Source: Candidatus Wolfebacteria bacterium GW2011_GWE2_44_13 (GTDB lineage Bacteria; Patescibacteriota; Minisyncoccia; UBA6257; UBA9933). From it: a DNA stretch of 64,000 nucleotides. Position numbers and translations under genes: made by a program. This document shows, piece after piece, positions 61,263-64,000 of the stretch (position 1 is its first letter; each line of letters begins with the position of its first letter). Where the stretch lies: assembly GCA_001000675.1 (NCBI GenBank), contig LCHW01000001.1, positions 488,875 to 552,874 on the forward strand, written 5' to 3'. The notes below the pieces were generated by a model. The model searched no databases. It saw only the letters and a list, made by a program, of their open reading frames with translations, and was not told where the DNA came from.

Positions 61263-61886
61263 TTATTCCATCCTAAGGATATTTCTAAGATACTCAAAAT
61301 CTCTCAAATTACTTCCTGCGAATTGTCTTAATTCTTTTGCGGTTCTATCGCTCCTGCTTAATACAATAACATCTTTATTTTCTCCTCTAAGATATTTCAA
61401 TACTGGCAAGAAATCTCCGTCCCCAGAAAGCACAACCGCCCTCTCGAAATTATTCTTTTCTTTCATTAAATGGAACGCCATATCAACATCACAATTCGCC
61501 TTTCGTTTTGTCGATCCATCATCTTGATCATATAACTTTACTGGTTTTAAAAACAATACATATCCAAAGGACTCAAGCCTTAAATAAAATCTAACCCGTT
61601 GAAGATGTCTCCCAATAAGCAGAATATCCGCTTCATTCAAAGTCTTTTCTTCATTTTTTAAAATATCCAATAAATGCTCTTCTAGTCGCTTTATTGGGAC
61701 TGTTTCATCTTTTTGATAGTCATATTTAAAATTATGGATTTCAACACCACCGAAGTACAGAATTCTTTCGGTCTGATATTTATCACCTAAATATGTAAAA
61801 AGCTTTTTATAATCAATTTTCCACCCCAAACTTTTCTCTCCTCCATAAAATAGATTGGATGCATCAATAAATGCAAATGTTTTCAT
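61263..61886 (-). CDS. NYN-domain ribonuclease 2
   Basis: FIDASNL, KANCDVDM, LSGDGDF. Confidence 0.9.
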   Translation of the reverse strand: MKTFAFIDASNLFYGGEKSLGWKIDYKKLFTYLGDKYQTERILYFGGVEIHNFKYDYQKDETVPIKRLEEHLLDILKNEEKTLNEADILLIGRHLQRVRFYLRLESFGYVLFLKPVKLYDQDDGSTKRKANCDVDMAFHLMKEKNNFERAVVLSGDGDFLPVLKYLRGENKDVIVLSRSDRTAKELRQFAGSNLRDFEYLRNILRME

Positions 61887-62093
61887 ATCAGTATTTTATC
61901 ATATTACGAATATATAATAAAAATATGAAGCTCCCACGGGCTTATGCTCGGGTTTTTGTTAGAAGCATAAACTAAAACCGCCCTTGCCTTGCGGCAGTGG
62001 CGGTGGTTTTAATATTACTATACTAATCTGAAATGTAATAATTATCAACGGTGCTAATAGGATTAATCACCGTTTCCCCTTCATTAATCCCTC

Positions 62094-62155
62094 AATCTTA
62101 CCAAATTTTGACCTATTATATAACTAATAAAAAAGCCCCCGTTGCCGGGGGCTTG
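62094..62155. repeat. Cassette-spacer repeat A5 (promoter core kept, different terminator)
   Basis: aatcttaccaaattttgacctattatataac followed by aagcccccg-ttgc-cgggggctt. Confidence 0.8.
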
Positions 62156-62175
62156 TCTTCTTTGAGGTCGGAGTA

Positions 62176-62517
62176 TTATCCTGGGACCATCGTACCTCTC
62201 CCGCCTTCTTGGTCGATGATCGTGTGAATCCGCGCACCCCACGCTTCCTGTTCACGATGCCAGGAGGTTTGATAGCAGTCAGGCCCTGTGGTCTTAGAAT
62301 TGGCAAAGTATGCCATCCCCAAAAACATCTCGAGAAGCGCCCTGTGGTCAGATTTCTCTTCTCCTGCGATATAGGACAATGTAAGTCCGCCACAAGCAAA
62401 GGCATCGAGCACCAATACGTTCGGATGCTTAGCGCGCAGCTCCTTAATATCTTCGGCGATTATACATCCTCCAGCACCGCGGCCATCACTACGGAAATTT
62501 ACCATAAATGCTTCCAT
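62176..62517 (-). CDS. Hypothetical protein
   Basis: GGAGG SD; between the 45-bp repeat and a terminator; higher GC. Confidence 0.6.
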   Translation of the reverse strand: MEAFMVNFRSDGRGAGGCIIAEDIKELRAKHPNVLVLDAFACGGLTLSYIAGEEKSDHRALLEMFLGMAYFANSKTTGPDCYQTSWHREQEAWGARIHTIIDQEGGRGTMVPG

Positions 62518-62550
62518 TCCCTGTTCCTCCCAGAATTTTTTATTTCTATA

Positions 62551-62595
62551 TCGTACTGAAAATAAAATAGCCCATATGGGCTATTTTGTCAAATT
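62551..62595. repeat. 45-bp direct repeat, right copy, with perfect 24-bp palindrome
   Basis: AAAATAGCCCATATGGGCTATTTT at 62564-62587, next to a minus-strand TTGACA. Confidence 0.9.
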
Positions 62596-62642
62596 ACTCT
62601 GTTTATTTTATTAATGGGGGTCAGGCACCATTAATTGTAAAA

Positions 62643-63542
62643 TCATTTTACGGCGTCGGTAAATACCACTAGCCTTTGGTCGTAGCTTAATTTATCCGGA
62701 TTCCACGCACCTTCACACGTAATTATATTAAGATGAGCTCCATCATCTGCAGCTGCAAAAACGTCCGTTGCATTTGCCGCTGGATCATACAAGCGACTCT
62801 CCCGAACCACAAAGTTAATCGACTCTCCCTTATCATTCAAAATTGATAGCGTATCTCCTGGGCGCAATATACTCAGATCGGTAAATACTCCCGGTTTTAT
62901 AGCCGCCCCACCGCGAATCTGTGCCACATGTCCGGTAATGACGGATGTGCCTTTCTCTCCTGGTCGCGCGCTCCCCGTAAACCATCCGATATCGACGATA
63001 TTGTTTGGTATTTCCATCGCTCCATCGGGCGTGATTCCTGTATATTGAAAACCTGCATTAACGTTGATTTTCGGAATGGTGAGTCGTATTGGAGACCCAT
63101 CCCTGTTGTTTATCGCAACTACTGTTGTTGTTCCCCTTAGTATGGTTGCTGTTCCAACTGCCACCCCTGTTGATTCTACTAATTCTGTTGTCGTTGCAAT
63201 TATGCCTTTTACAGGGATATTAATAGTCGGTAATGGCTCTATTGATGCATTCATCCTTGCCCTTGATAGGACACCAAAATAACCAGCAGTAGGACTAATG
63301 TTTACCGATGCCTGCCACGCACCAAGAGCCTTTCTTGTCATCGGCCCGAAATAACCTGTTGGAGTAGCAATCTCCAGAAAACCTCCGTCGATTAATATTT
63401 GTTGCAATGCAGATACCTCACTACCACGACTTCCTATCGTAAGATTTTTTGTGAACACGCTACTTGCACCCTGCGCACTATTTACTGTGATGCAAAAAAT
63501 AGTCACCAATACGATAACCCATATTTTACGAAATAGTTTCAT
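62643..63542 (-). CDS. Class F sortase fused to an N-terminal peptidoglycan-binding domain
   Basis: L..GSRG.EV..LQ..L...TGYFG..T..A...Q; P.RL.IP.I; PGE.G..VITGH; LNIITC; RLVVF. Confidence 0.88.
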   Translation of the reverse strand: MKLFRKIWVIVLVTIFCITVNSAQGASSVFTKNLTIGSRGSEVSALQQILIDGGFLEIATPTGYFGPMTRKALGAWQASVNISPTAGYFGVLSRARMNASIEPLPTINIPVKGIIATTTELVESTGVAVGTATILRGTTTVVAINNRDGSPIRLTIPKINVNAGFQYTGITPDGAMEIPNNIVDIGWFTGSARPGEKGTSVITGHVAQIRGGAAIKPGVFTDLSILRPGDTLSILNDKGESINFVVRESRLYDPAANATDVFAAADDGAHLNIITCEGAWNPDKLSYDQRLVVFTDAVK

Positions 63543-63684
63543 ATACCATTATTATGTCACACTGAATACTATTCCCCTAGGGGTATGTGGTCTGATTAGT
63601 TTTCTAATCCCTTATTGCTCCGAACAAAAAAGCCGCGAGGATAATCTCGCGGCAGTAGAAATCTTGCAACAGGCTTAGAGGAGG

Positions 63685-63987
63685 TTAATGTAACGGGATG
63701 ATAAACTTTTCTGAAACCTCGTTCTCAGAAACGATGGCAAAGCTCCACCAATTTCTTGCCCTTTCTTCTCCGAAAAAAGACAGTGGAAAAGCATCCCTGA
63801 TAATGAAGTGGTGCAGGAATAAAATTTTCTCACCACCGCCGTTGGGATTAACGATTGTCAGCTCTGTCCTCCTGATATCTTGCGCATACACCAGCTGCCA
63901 ATCCTTCTCACCCTTCGGCACCCACCCCAAGAAGTCTTCTTTCAATTCATACTCTTGAGGTTGATTGCCTAACCGGTATGTTGCCAT
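63685..63987 (-). CDS. Hypothetical protein
   Basis: GAGGAG SD; terminator gccgcgag/ctcgcggc at about 63625-63654. Confidence 0.6.
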   Translation of the reverse strand: MATYRLGNQPQEYELKEDFLGWVPKGEKDWQLVYAQDIRRTELTIVNPNGGGEKILFLHHFIIRDAFPLSFFGEERARNWWSFAIVSENEVSEKFIIPLH

Positions 63988-64000
63988 CTTTACGCTCCTC

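Noticed and set aside
56319-62155. Spacer repeats as a CRISPR array
   Set aside because: Spacing is 0.9-2.6 kb with whole genes between copies, and there are no cas genes.
56319-62155. Spacer repeats as integron attC or Xer/dif sites
   Set aside because: TTATGTAAC loosely recalls a XerD arm, but I found no XerC arm at 6-bp spacing, no RYYYAAC...GTTRRRY pair and no integrase in the window.
1-64000. Recoded genetic code (TGA=Gly)
   Set aside because: Conserved genes are full length under code 11, and TGA ends ABC-F and RNase HI at plausible C-termini.

Overview
A 64-kb bacterial chromosomal window of moderate-to-low GC, with most genes on the minus strand and the standard genetic code. Gene content and style suggest Patescibacteria/CPR, probably Parcubacteria (inference): cohesin/dockerin and Ig-repeat surface proteins, a Cys-repeat protein, DUF4015, SET, orphan receiver domains, NYN, and few Shine-Dalgarno sequences. 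No rRNA, tRNA, CRISPR array, transposase or integrase was recognised. The left part holds a surface operon: DUF4015, a 3360-aa Ig-repeat protein ending in a dockerin-like module, a membrane-anchored cohesin-like protein, and a receiver domain. The middle is housekeeping and stress genes (proB, truB, ABC-F, queH, DEAD-box helicase, RNase HI, mgtA, hemerythrin, xth, msrA/B, DedA) mixed with stand-alone orphan genes, REP-like palindromes and two candidate ncRNA loci (a tandem pair at 26.0-26.4 kb and one at 52.9-53.1 kb). The most unusual region is 53.5-62.6 kb: about 9 kb bracketed by a 45-bp direct repeat and split into variable gene cassettes by five copies of a conserved terminator+promoter spacer. 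It carries a PleI-like restriction-modification pair and two divergent NYN ribonucleases, each faced by the same convergent promoter and a short hairpin. All functional calls come from motif recognition by eye; no searches were run.
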